A stretch of DNA of 59,284 nt, the filler included, from Platydemus manokwari (lineage: Eukaryota), in the NCBI GenBank assembly GCA_037951405.1. It is 5 parts of 5 records of this genome, joined end to end, with 100 filler letters (N's around TTAATTAATTAA, not from the genome) between each part and the next. Parts side by side here need not be neighbours in the genome. Positions count along the whole stretch, not along the records: positions 9,402 to 21,580 come from JBBMOY010268893.1; positions 21,681 to 36,309 come from JBBMOY011429199.1; 3 more parts are not named here. One strand, written 5' to 3'. Position numbers and translations under genes: made by a program. Below the pieces are notes generated by a model. The model worked only from the letters and a program-made list of their open reading frames with translations, made no database searches and was not told the origin of the DNA. Below are positions 11,821 to 25,480 of this stretch, piece by piece. Every line of letters begins with the position of its first letter. The stretch's first letter is position 1.

Positions 11821-14800
11821 TTTTGTAATGATATTGTTACAATTATTTGTTTATGGTTTTCCGATGGTTTTAGTTTGTACTGACCGTTTAAATCGATTCG
11901 CTATTAATAGGACTTCATTTCTACTCTGAAGACAAAGTTACTAACAGATGAATAACGATCGTGGCTAGAGAATGATTATTCTTCTTATTATCATACTCAA
12001 TCCTTCTTTTATAAACACAGTTGTGCTTAAATATTGAATAAATGAAAGGACATCATAATTAACACCAAATAGTTACTGTTGATCACAAATTGTTAAAAAT
12101 CAATAATAATTATTATTGCTATTGGTCACTTATTTCTTAAGAATGTTATTAATATAAAGTATTTGTCCTTAAATATTGTTGAATGATGATCAGAAAAATT
12201 TGCCATGGCCACAAGAATTATTTGCTTAATATTGAACGATTTCCCACAGAGAGATTTACTTTGCTCATCATCGCTTACAGAACAAGATCTTTTAACTCAA
12301 CATTTGAGTTTTATGTTTCAATTTGAATAAATTAGAAGAAAGAATTTGATATTGCATTTATAACTGGGAAATTCAACTGATTGCTTTGTGAATAAATATT
12401 GGTGTGGTGGGCAATTCAAATTATTAAATTATGATTTTTCTTACAATGGGTTATGTGAGTGTTGCGATACTGATTGTTTGTGTATGCTAATTGATTGTAT
12501 GATGTTTAGGATTGGTTTGTAAGTGATTGAGGCTAAAATATTATTTATATTAAAGCTCCATCTCAACAATTTATTGAAATTAATATATTAGAATTTGGAA
12601 AATATAATATTATTAACAAAGAATAAAATTTAGTGATTCATTTAATACAAAAGCCAAGTTTTCCTTTCAAAATCCGAATTTCCCATAACTGAATAATAAC
12701 CATTATAAATTTAAAAAAATTATTAATTTCTAAAATACAAACAAATAATACTCAAATATTAATATAGAAAACACAATAAATGTCACCACAAACCTTTTAA
12801 ATGCAAAATATAATTTATTTTAAGTACAACAGATTATTTGGAGAAAATATTTTTTGATTATAATAAATAAAATGTATATTTCAGGTAACAGAGTGTCACA
12901 ATATCATATATAAATTATTATTATTATAAAGGTGAAACAAAGTGTTTTGCCATTTCAAAAATACCAAAAAACGTTGAAGGACAATGTGATTGGATTTATC
13001 AGTAGATTCAAGTGTGTGTGGGAGCATTCAAACCTTGGTTATTATTGTGATGTCCAGTAATAGTATTAAAGTATCTGTTACGAGCTTTATTGACGTGACT
13101 ATTAGATAATTCTGAACCAGTATCACAATCTGATGAGACAAAGACTTGGTTTTATTTTTGATTTGTTATAAGAGTATAAGCTTGATTCAGTTAAAATGGA
13201 CTGAACTATCTTTACATTGAAATTAATGGAAACAAACTACTTATAAATTTAATAAGTAAAATATTAATATAAATATATTAAATAACAAAATTCAATTTAT
13301 TCTTAACATGAAGTCGTTGTACTACTGTTGAACTGACAATGCACAACAATTTTTCACAATATTTGAGATTTTGAAAAATATAGCCAATGGTAAATTCTTC
13401 TTTTAAATATTTGTGAAAAATAAATCATGTAGTTGTTATTTAATTTGTTGAGTGGATTACTTAAAAATGACTCCAACGTCTTAAGTAACGGAACGGATGT
13501 CAATGCAGTATCCCGAAGCGATTATGTAATCACATTGTTACGAAATAGTGACTGCATATAGTGTATTAAGAAAATCGATAAAAAATAAAAAGTGACGATT
13601 TGCTTTCGTTAATTGTTAGATTTTGTTAACTTTATAATGATTTTTATTGATTTTGTAAATGGAACAATTATATCGACTTTATCATGAAATTCTTAAGTGT
13701 TTTTTTGATAATGGCTTCAATTAGTAAGGAAAAATTACAATTTTAACAAAAATAATGAATAATCCTCATATTTAATGACACTTGGTAACGTTGGAAACTT
13801 TTACTGTATATATTTATACACATTCTATACAACATCTTCAAAATAATGTTTTTATCAAACGGAACTATGACAGCAATATAACATGCTAATAATGAAATGG
13901 GACTCAACAATAATCAAAAGAAAATGGAAACCACTGCCCATCAGGCAAATGAGAAAAAACTCAGTGCAAAAAATCTCTGACTGTCAGGTCTGTCAAGGTT
14001 TACACCGTAAAAACAGGACAATAACCTGAATGAAATCGATCAGTGATACGAAGCCTACGCACGTTACTTCTCTGAAACTGATGATATCGATTCAGAAGAA
14101 TATCAAGCCTCTCTTAATTTCATGACTTTTGATGAAGCAACCCACACAAATTGAAAGAATATTTGATGATAAAGAAACATCTGTGACAGACTATTTAATC
14201 GCAATAGAGGATAAATCATTGGCTAGCTGGTCTAGCTATCCAGTATAGCTATTTTCATTATAAGATCTGTGTGTGCTATGTAATTTGAACAAAGATTATT
14301 TACAAGTTTTTGGTCCAAACAATAATTATAAAAAAATATTATAAAATATTATTATATGCTAATGAATTGCTAATACTCATCAAAATCTTATGAAAACTTA
14401 TGAAACTATGAATTGTGAGATAAGAGAGAGTTGAATTCTAAATGAAACTAACTGGAAATGTCAAACTTTTCGACGGTGGAAACAGAGTCGATAAACCATT
14501 TAAAAAATTTGATTTCTGGGACAGAGAAAATGTTGAAATTGTGGAGATGAAACCAGCACAACAGTTATAAAATAAGCACAAATAGATTTTGTAGGGATTA
14601 ACTCCAGCCATAAAAGCAGGAAAATCTTTATCTGGTTTGTCGTTATACGAGACGGGTTCATGCTCGACTCATGGCCAACAGAATCGATATTTAGTGATCT
14701 ATCTAATAGTAACTGAGAATAGAACTTTGAATCAATCATAAGTTGATGGTGAATTTCATGGGTCTCGATTACTTTTACTTGTCACATCCTAACAGTAAAT

Positions 14801-16954
14801 AATACTAAATACGATTGAAGTCTATCTTTTCCAAAATTATGAGAGTGAAGATATTAAATTTGCGCATCGTGATATATTCATCAAATTAAAGAAACAAATC
14901 AGAAGGAAATCCGAATGATATCCCACTAAAATCAGATAACAGATAGCTATCTATCATACTTCAAAAAAATACAAAACGCAAAACGTAAGTTGGTTAGCTT
15001 ATTTATAAATAAACATCAGGTTTTCAGTAGAAACATTGGTATTGGTGAAATATGTAGGATCTTGGATTCATTGCCTGCTAACTCAAAAAATCATTTCATT
15101 GTCAAGTTTATCTATGAGTCTGATTATGAGTTATTCAAAAGAAGAGAGCTCTCAGACAATTCCAAGGGATAAAAGATTACGATTGCATAATCCGAAAAAA
15201 AAGAATCAATAAGAAATCCTTGTAATGTTCTATTCAAAATGCGACACTTTCTATTGACTTCACTTGCGCACAACGCGCTTTCTATTTTGCTCCATGACCT
15301 TTGATTTTCGAATAAGGTAAACAAAAAATGATCATTACATGGACCCAAGAACTATATGAGATCTATTGTTTCTGGAATTTTAACTTGTGTTTAATCGAAC
15401 TAGTTAAGAAGATTTTACGTCTTTCTCGCAATTCTGATATACCCTATTTGTATTACGATACTATTTAAGGTGGTACTGACTTATATGATTTACTTTATGG
15501 ATTTAATCTACAAAAGATAATCCAAGCCTTCAAGATTAGATTTAATTCTCCACGATATACTCACATGGTCTTTAATATAAGCAGTCTGCCCAAGACAACC
15601 AAGTTAATTTATTTCACCCTTTGGCAGTTTGATCCAGTGTCTATACGGGAGTTTCAGATTGCCTTAATACTTTGAATTACTTTAAGATTAGGTACGTGAT
15701 TATCACAATGTTTGACCATGAGAATAACAAAATTCATATCGTTTAAAAGATTCATATTGAACGCACATACTTATGAATGATGATTCAAACCGTCAATTGA
15801 TCGTACCTCTTAATTTGAATCATGTAGTCAGCGTTTCTAAATGATTGACAGTGACACAATGATTTCTAGAGACCTCTCAATGCATTCATCTATTTAATCC
15901 ACCTGTTAAGAAGTCAGTGAGTCGATTCGAAACCTGCTGAAATGACATAGTGATTCCAATTTAGAAGTGAATTTGAAGATAGTCTTCAAAGCAGTTATCA
16001 AATACTTATTTGACTCAGATTATTTGATCGGCAATGCGGATAATTGTAATCAATCAATATGTTTAGAATATTATTAAATCAAACAAATCATCCCCAGTAG
16101 ATCATTTCAATCAATCTGATCTCCACATAACCAAAATGTAACTCAACCATCTAGAATAGCAACTCCAATCAATTTACAAAAAGTAATTATGCAGTCTCTT
16201 TGTCTTTTAGTTTCTAAAATTTATGAAGATATTACCATTAACCTCTAATGTTCTTTGCTCATTACTCACCTTGGAGAGCAGCGATTGAGATTTCGATAAC
16301 TGTGGATAACTCTCAAGTCTAGAAAGCTTCAATACCGTCAAAGTAATTATATTTAATGGTAATAACTGGAAATAGGTTTAATTGGTCCATTAGGATTGTA
16401 AATAGAATTATAAACGTTCGATTGAAGTTAAGTAAAAAGGCATCAACTATAAAATTCTAAAAATGCAAGCTAAAAGCAAGAGTTTATCTAATTTCAATGA
16501 TTAGGTTTTGCTTTGAAATTTTATTAAGAGATGAAGATACACTTAATGTATAATAAAGGTTATATCATATAAAATAGTAGGAACATCATTTGGGAATCAT
16601 AATTGAATTATATTAATCAAATTGAGTAGCCATTTTAGAATGAATTTTAGGAATTACGTATTAATAATATGATTAATAATTTGTAGAATTTGGTTCTTAT
16701 TCGGGACATCTTAAAATTATTATTAATACTTGAGTTATTACTTAAAAATTCAATGTCATTGATTTTATGACACTTATTTGAACCGATCCTTATTAGTTGG
16801 AGATATATTTTATCTTAAATTTTGCTTATTAATAATATTATAACTAGAAATTATAAAATAAGCGTCAATATAAATAAAACAATGATTTGAAAATGTATTA
16901 CAAATTCCCCTACTTCTCACCAATCAAATCACTGTATTACAATCATAAATACCA

Positions 16955-19257
16955 ATGTTTCATCACAATCACTCAATGATGATGTCCATTGTGAAACAAT
17001 GCTTTTCTGAATCCACAATGCATGGACTGCCTAATATGGCTAATCGAAAATCGAGAACTGTTAAAATCGTGTGGGTTATTTTAACAATGGCTGCCATTGG
17101 TGGATTGATTGCACATTCAACGGTGTTGGGAATGAAATATTTGGAAGAATCAGTATCGATAAGTATTATTCCGAAATCAATACCTTTCGATCAACCAGAT
17201 ATTTTACTTTGTCCGAAAAGAATATTTGCTTTAGAATATGTTCGACGTCCTCCTCCGAATGAATTTCAATTCATCAACGAGACTTCTCAACAAATGCTAT
17301 TTATTAACAAAACTCAAGTTCTTCTACCAGCACAATTAGAGATGTTTTTACAAAATATTGACATTTGGAAAGTCTTTAAAGCATTTTCTTATCGTCAAAG
17401 CCAACTATTTATTAGTATTGAATGCACGATTCAACAAAAAACAACAATACTCAACAATCTTACATTATTACCAGAATATGTTTATCCACATTATTTATGC
17501 TATCGATTAACACAAGACATTTGTTCTATGAGATTTCCAACATCTAAATTAGTTCTCAAATTATACATTCATGATTATTTTATTAATCGACCAAGTGCAA
17601 TCAAAGACATTGACGAACTTCTTAATCAGATTGATTTTCCAGTTTCTAATGGTATGAATATCTATTTTCTCAATCGAAACGAGAACAGACAAGATAGTAG
17701 CAAAAAAGTAACTGTTTCTGGAGGTACTGAAATGGATATTAGTATCCAATCATTACAATATCGATTTTTGAATCGTAAAAATTTCAAATGTCAAGAAAAA
17801 GATACACTGATCAAATTTAGGAACTTTCATGCCTTAGATAACGTTCAATATGGTGTAGACTTTTTGAATAGTTCTACTTGTTACTTGAATGCATACTGTG
17901 ATTCAATCTTTCAAAGTTGGAAATGTAAATTCACGATGTGTCCTACTCAGGCTCAGCAACCAATGGATTTTCCTTATTGCTACGCATTCACCAATATTTT
18001 GTCGTTTTTCAAAATGTTGCAAGAGAACCAAAATAAGGTACCCATTGATGACACCACGGTTTATAATCAATGCACACAAGCACAACCATGTTCCTATGTT
18101 GAATATGTCACTACAGCAAATAGTGCAGAAATACGACCAAATTTGTTTGTAAACAATAATTTAAATAGTTTGAGAAGATTAGCAACGGATGAACAACCGG
18201 GAATCAAAGAATTTTGGACGAGTTATGAAAGTAATAATACAAGAATCAATCAATGGAAGAGAAATATGATAATGGTTTGTATTTTATGTGGCTTTTACTG
18301 ATTTTATAAATAATATTATAAATTTTATGATCTGTAATCTCTGTCCAGTTTTAATTTTGCCAATAGATGACTGAACAAATCAATGAAAAGTTTGACTAAT
18401 TAGTTAGTTAATTTCTATAATGAATATTATTTACCTTTACATTGAAAATAGCATATTTAATCCATCTTTTAGATTCAATTAGTTATTCTATTTTGATCAC
18501 AAAACCTTTAATTCATTTATACATACTAGTTTAATAACTTTTTAGCAGTGCATGTTTGTTGTGCATTTTGATTACGAATATTCCAATAAGAGAACTCTGG
18601 CTACTTATCGCTATTTTGTATTTCTCATTCAAAGAATTTCTCAGGGCTGAAGAAATATAATAATACTAAAAAAAATTTCTCATTTTATTATTATTTTGGT
18701 TTTTTATTTGTTTAGAATAAGATAATCCTTCACAATTTGCGACTTTTTTAATCTGACTAGTCAATGCTCGGTAATAAGAAATGCTAAAGTTGATTTGGAT
18801 TTTAAATTTATGAAAAAATGTAAAATAAGAAAGTTCTTGGAATATTTTCACTGGTATCGCATTTCCAATTTATTTCAATGAGCAAATCTGGAATTTATAA
18901 ATGAGGATTTCATATAATGTTATGACATAAACAGCTTTTATGAAAAATTTCATTTTTCGTTACTTATTAATACCGATTCAATAAAGTCTTAATAAATTAA
19001 TTCTCTTCGTTTTACAGATTCACATTTATCCAGGAGAGTTTCAAAGCACACAATTTGTCGAAAGCTTCAGTTATGATTTACGAAATCTTTTTACGGATGT
19101 TGGTGGTATTCTGGGATTCTATATTGGAGCCAGTATCTTGACTGTGTTTGAGCTTTACAATATCGTCCATGAATTGCTAACAATCGGTGTTATTTATCGC
19201 ATGATCAGACAGAGGAAAAAGCTCCACAACGAAGATCAATCAAATCTGATTGAATAA
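16955..19257 (+). CDS. DEG/ENaC/ASIC-family amiloride-sensitive channel subunit; exons 16955-18274, 19018-19257; ~519 aa
   Basis: It has the pre-TM1 FSESTMHGL (HG) motif, TM1, FDQPDILLCP and a Cys-rich ectodomain (QPCSYVEY). Exon 2, missed by the ORF track, encodes YDLRNLFTDVGGILGFYIGASILTVFEL (TM2 with the GAS filter). The intron is phase-0 GT-AG. Confidence 0.93.
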
Positions 19258-19389
19258 TAAACTGTGATGTTCGAGAGATATTTTCATCATTTTATTCTAT
19301 TGTTTCGATTTTCCTTTATTTTCGATTATTAACTTGAAAATTATTTCACATCATTCTTTATTGAATGTTTTATTAGATTTGTTTGATGA

Positions 19390-19870
19390 CTTTATATTGA
19401 CTCCTTTCCTGGATAAATGTAATATTTTCATTTATTTATTTATTTTTGTATAAACTTCCTTGATAATAAATATTTCTTTTGAAATTTTTATTTCTTATTT
19501 AAAATTCTTACGCAATCCTAAGCTTTGAATTTTGATTTTTCATTTAAATTAAATCATCACTTTAACATTTTCTGGATTTTTTCTAGCTTTAACTGGACTT
19601 GCACCAATACCAGAATGAATTTTATAATTATATTTATTTACAACACTCTGTTACGAATTATTATTCCATTTCTGATTTCCAACAGCTGTAAAATGTTTCC
19701 AAGTGATATTTTTCAAAGTTTTAATAATTTTTTCACCAAATGCAGCTTTTGCTTCGTTTTCAGTACGATATTAAACTATGTTATTTTCGTCACAAAACTT
19801 TTAAAAATATTTACTTCTAATGTCTGATTCTTTATCAAACCAATTTTTTGTTTCAGATTTTTTAGGCATT
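19390..19870 (-). mobile_element. Decayed retroviral-like integrase of a Maverick/Polinton
   Basis: YRTENEAKAAFGEKIIKTLKNITWKHFTAVGNQKW...*...YNYKIHSGIGASPVKA matches the c-integrase pattern KAxxxERxxRTLK...W...YNxxxHSxIxxxP, with stops and frameshifts. Confidence 0.8.
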
Positions 19871-20319
19871 ACAATAATATCTGCACTGTGAGTATTATCA
19901 TTATTAGATATCTTTACTTTTAAAAATTTCTAAACTTGTTTCTTTTCATTATGTAATTCTTTGACTAATAAGTACTCGTCTCATATAGAGAAGTTATCTT
20001 TGTATTTTTATTTTGTATATTTAATTTCTTCACTTAATGGGAAGTTACCTTTTTGATTACCATCACCTGGTACATCAAATATTTTCTTTATATCTAAATC
20101 TTTTTATTTATAATGCTTGGAAAAAGAGATTAAAATAAAATAAAGTATGAAGATATAATTACTTATCTGTGGATTGTAAAGACAGCAGGAATTTCTTCAC
20201 AATAACCAGGACGTCTTAAATATATAATAGAACTCAGAAATATAGCAGAAATAAATCAGTATATGGCTTTTCAATGGGATCATCAGCCACTTCAAGGTCA
20301 ATGGCTATATATTAATAAT

Positions 20320-21400
20320 AATCATCACAATCCAATAGAATTATTTTATGAATTAAAAAAGTTATTAGCAGATAAAAAGGGAAGATGTAATAATGTTCAC
20401 AATTAATTATATAATATTTAAACAAAATTAAATAGATTAGGATATATAAATAAAGAAAATATAAAATTCTTAAAAAGTATTTTCGATGAGCACTTGGTGT
20501 ACCCACGAAAAGTATTTACCTTAAATTTTTATAAAAAAAAGAATTCAAAAATTAGATTGAAACATTTATAAATTTAAACATGAAATTAAAAAGACCATTA
20601 ATTTGTTATAAACCCATAGCCACTGCAATAACCGATTGAAATGAATCTAAAGATATTATTTTTAAATCTCAATGGACTTCGAATCCTGTAGATAATACTA
20701 ATAGATTTTTAAGACATGATATCGAAGTAGAATTTTAAAAAATCTAAATAAAATAATGTCCAACTTGATCATCATATAACTTTGGAAAATAATTTCTTTC
20801 CAAATTTATTTGACTCAATGAAATTAACATTAGGAACACATGAAATTGAAAATATTTAAAAAAATTCCATGAGAAATATCTGCTATACTAAATTTTATAT
20901 TATTAAATCAATTTAATGAAAGAACTGGTGAATTACCTTCATGTATTCAAGATAAAACTAAAGATCTATATAATAATAACAATGGGTTTAGAAGACGAAA
21001 GGCTGTTTGTAATTTATAAAACAAGTTTACAGGACAATTACCATTAAAATACTTATTTGGATCTTTAGTAAGTTTTAATACATCATTAATTACGTTTTAG
21101 AAAGTCTTAACAGATCATTATTTTGGAAGATGATTAAATTAACTTTAAAAAGATATATAAATGATAAAGAAAATATTTTACGAGACGAAAAGCGAAACAA
21201 AATTAACGATTAAATCTTTAGAATTTTGTTCGCCAGGATTAGTTTAAATCCTGAAAGTGAACTTGAACTCACTGAAAGATTGAAAACGGATTATTTATTT
21301 TAGTTATAGACTTTCAAATTTAGTTGAAATTCCAGAATTACAAACAGTTACTTGGCAAGTAGCTTTATTACAAAACAAACCGAGATAAATGTTAAGATCC
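20320..21400 (+). mobile_element. Decayed Maverick/Polinton genes: conserved small-ORF motif and major capsid protein remnants
   Basis: NPIELFYELKKLLADKKGRCNNVHN* near 20330 resembles the Polinton DPNELxxRLxLL..aGNN motif. NNGFRRRKA...FTGQLPLKYLFG at ~20980-21060 resembles the Polinton capsid. Both are heavily disrupted and lie next to the integrase relic. Confidence 0.6.
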
Positions 21401-21580
21401 TGATATTAGTTATGTTAAAAATATTTAAAATTAATTCAAAATATTGGTGATAAATATATAAAATTATTAGAAAAAAGACTAAATAACAGTAATTATCTGG
21501 TTCGGCAATTTGTGGATGCCATCCCAAAAAAACCGGTCATCTTTTGAATCAAAGAACGAATCGAGCCACTTTTTGATGCC

Positions 21581-21680
21581 NNNNNNNNNNNNNNNNNNNN
21601 NNNNNNNNNNNNNNNNNNNNNNNNTTAATTAATTAANNNNNNNNNNNNNNNNNNNNNNNNNNNNNNNNNNNNNNNNNNNN
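21581..21680. other. Artificial contig linker
   Basis: N-TTAATTAATTAA-N spacer. Confidence 0.98.
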
Positions 21681-21808
21681 AGGCCCTATCCGACTCTGAG
21701 GATACCTTGACCACGCAAAAGGACTGTGACCAGAGCAAGGTCACGGTGGTCTCCACATACCATGGGTCGCTTGTCCAGTAACCAACCGGGTTTCCCCAGA
21801 GGGCTGAC
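21681..21808 (-). ncRNA. Unidentified structured RNA candidate with a U6-like (type 3 Pol III) upstream promoter
   Basis: A GC-rich island that starts abruptly at G21808. TTTATAAG lies at -30..-23 and a PSE-like ACACCATACAGTTTCTACAC at -66..-47. Hairpins are CTGGG-GAAA-CCCGG and GTGACC/GGTCAC, with a T4 run at 21720-21717. Confidence 0.45.
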
Positions 21809-22849
21809 AATAGTGGAATAACTCAGTTCACTTATAAAGCAGCATGAATACACCGTGTAGAAACTGTATGGTGTACCGTTTTTGAATATTAGAAATTAAT
21901 ACGTTATTGGCAATATTTTTTCTCTACAAACATGTTTACGATTGATAACACGCAATGTTTATTATATATTTCAGTCAATAACTTTTACATCACTAAATAT
22001 ACAGTGTAATAGATGAAGAATTAAAATGTATTGTTTTGAATAAAATGCAATTAATATGTAGGGGAAGTTACTCTAGATGTTTTTTCACAGAAGTTGCAAA
22101 ATAAACGACAAAGGGAAGTAATTGTATTCTATTAACACTGATATGTTGTTTAAACTCGACAAGACCACATTCTGTTCGTGTTCATGTTTATAAAATGGAA
22201 ACAATATGTATACACTGCACGATATATTCTGTAATTTAGATTTACAGTCATATTAAAAGGGGAAATAAACACACATTCTTTTGCCTAATTAATTTGATAA
22301 TGATTTAATTTCGTAGTTTCTGCTTATTGTTTTTGATGTGCCGAAAACAACGACTCGAAGACAACGACACATTGTTTGCAGTGATTAGTTATTGTTATTA
22401 TTGACGAACTTGTATTAATACGTATATCGTAACTAACTTTTAATTAACTAGTAAAAAAATAACACTACAGTTACTAAGTTACAGTAAGTACACTTGAATT
22501 TCAATGAGTTTTCAGTAATTACAAGATCAAGACTGTCACTAGTGTTGCTAATAGTAATTTTGCTTTAGTTTTAGTTTTATTTCAAGTTGTTTGATTAGCA
22601 CTGTAGTCTGTAGAGTTTGGCCATCATTTTGAGGAGTTTTAAATTAATAAATAATTTGATTATCCTAATGATTGTCATGTATAAAATTAAAGATTAATCA
22701 TGTGGACAAACACAAAATATGACTAGGCAGACTTGACAAAAGGGAATAGTAAAGAAACAATTGTATACTTATACAGTTTTTTTCATTTTGTCAAGTCTTT
22801 GTTAATAATATTTTGTATCTATTTGCAGCAAAATCTTGGCTCGGTGACA

Positions 22850-25444
22850 ATGACAACTACTTTATATTTAAAGGTAAATGCATGTATTGCTGAAATAGCT
22901 ATTACTGTTGTGAATTAAATAATATATTAGTAATTTAATCTTCAAAATTGACCGGGCCAACGGAAAATCTACTGATTCTGCTAGATTCCTGTAGTCCTAT
23001 ACTTCATGATAGGCACAGAGAACAATGGATCACACTGATATTATGAATGCTGGATTCTGAATCAGTAACTGGACTACTAGACTTGAAGTGCTTTGGGATG
23101 TTGCAAGAAACAAAAACTGTCATCAGTAGACATTTTATAAACCAAAAAAAAAGAACTTAAACTGACATTTGTTGTGTGCTGACAGAGATACTGAAGAGGT
23201 AATCTAGCTGCTTACAAACTTGTTTCACATGCTTTTGTGGATCATTTAGTGACTAACTAAAATGTTAATATCTGTATATAATAGACATGCTTACTTCATT
23301 GTATTATTATTGGAATGGTTTTTTTAAAGGCTTATCTAGCTGTAGTAGTCTCATTAGTAGAGATGTAATTTTTAAGCTATGATTAGAATACATAGGCTGA
23401 AGTAAATTGAGATATAAGCTATTTATGGGTTTTTTTTAGATGTTATAATTGTTAAATGATAAAAAAGTAAGAAGATGTTTAGTTGAAGTATTTTAATCAT
23501 TAGAAAAATATACAGTAATTTGACAGAATCAGAAGGATGCCATGTGACCCATTAAACTTCATAGCTGATATGACTAAAATTATGATTCATATTGCGGTAA
23601 CATTTTTTGAAAAAAAAGAACCACTTACTAAGTGACTTAGCAACCATATATTATTATAATCGGGGTAGTGCAGTCCAACTGAATATGTTATCTTTGTTTA
23701 AATATGATGCATTATAATTAAAAATAGCTGCAACATTGACATAAACAGTGCTAAATATACACTGAAGATTTTTTAAATGTACATATTTTAGACACTGTGA
23801 AAATGGTAGTTAAAATGACTAAAATCATGGTTTAAATTGCAAGAACTATTAAACAAATAACTTAACAACCATAGATCATTATAATTGACGAAGCAAGGCC
23901 TAACTGAATATGTTATCTTTCTTTAAAATCTATGTAACAGTAATATTAATGTGAATACACTAGTATTAAAAGAGACTGTTAAATTAACACAGACGGTGTA
24001 AAATATGCACTGCCAAATTTTAAAGGCGCACGCATAATACTATACGCCATGATCTAATTAATATTTTTAAATGGCCACCAATTAATTATGTGTTGTTAAT
24101 TGAAGACCTTGCGTTTTAACAAATACTAGCTAGCAAGCTTGAGAAGATATACATTTAATTGTGCGGTGAAATAAACCTAAAGGTAAAATATGTTTCATTA
24201 CCATGCCCATTGACCTAATTAATAATGGCCACCAATAAACTGTTCATAATTAAAGATTTTACGTTTTAGCAATTATTATTTAGTTAGCCAGGGAAAATGT
24301 ATCTTTATCATGCAGGGTAGAAATGATATTTCAGTGCTATTTTCTGTGACATAATTAACCATTTTAAATGACAACAAATTAATTATTCTATAAATACCTC
24401 TGCTTTAAAAATTATTTGCTAATGAGTCTAGTATGGTGTATATTTTATCATGAGGACTGGTGAAATAAACCTAAAATATACAGTTCCAAAAAGTAGCTCA
24501 TGTTACAATGTCATCATTAAAATTTGCAAGTAATTATTAAAAACTACTCAGACAATATGGGTGTGAAAATGATGAGAGATGTAAAAATGAAAATTAAATT
24601 GATTGCAAATTTTGTCAATATAATCCATGCACAATTTTTGTGATTGAAAGTTTTTATTTGTAAATTCACTGCTTGTGTCCCAATTACATAAACTGAGCCA
24701 GTAAAAGTGAGTCTGATAACTGATTTTAATTAATTTTCAAAAGATATCATGTCAGTTAAAATGCTGGAAATAGTTTGTAAAAAAAATATAAAAGATACAT
24801 TATTTGTAGAAATGAAACTTGTATGATGTTTAAATTTATTAGTTCAAAATCATCCGATTTATTAATTACACTACCCTGACAAATCATGTCACTGCTATTT
24901 TAAGTGAACTTTTGTATCAAACCAGCATATCTGTCCAGCACATTGCTCATCTGACTCCCACAGTAGTCATGCTATGCTAGCAAGCCAATCAGCATGTTCA
25001 TTTTCTCTGAACCAAGCATGCTTTGGCGCAATAATTGTGATTTATGTCTTCTTTTGCAACAGTATTGCTGTCATCAACCTGTTCAGAAAGTAATGGCAGC
25101 ATACTAAACGTATCAATTGTCAAGAATATTTCAAACAGTCAACAGAAGCTGAATTTGATTATGTCCTAAAGAGGATATGTGATTAATTTTTAAAATGCTT
25201 TTTCAATGTCAGCCGCAGCCTTCAAGTGCAGACTGCCCATGGTATTTTCATCATTCTTCTGTAAAACAATATCTTCACAAGCTCCAAATAATTTCTCACT
25301 AACTGGTGAACTAATACAGTAAGCATTGAACATTAGAGACACCTGTGCATGACAAGTAACTTGAGTCAAGGAAACTGGTGAAGAATTTAGAATTTTTCCA
25401 GCAGGTTGTGATGAGACCAATGTTCTGCAAGGGGCTTGCTACAC

Positions 25445-25480
<36 letters not shown>

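Noticed and set aside
13128-13150. CTGATGAG, CTGAAGA (~11926) and CTGAGGA (~21696) as hammerhead ribozyme cores
   Set aside because: None has a stem II followed by GAAA or a closing stem III.
13860-16500. Slightly GC-richer stretch with coding-like patches, possibly an old retroelement
   Set aside because: I could not recover any diagnostic motif, so it is left unannotated.
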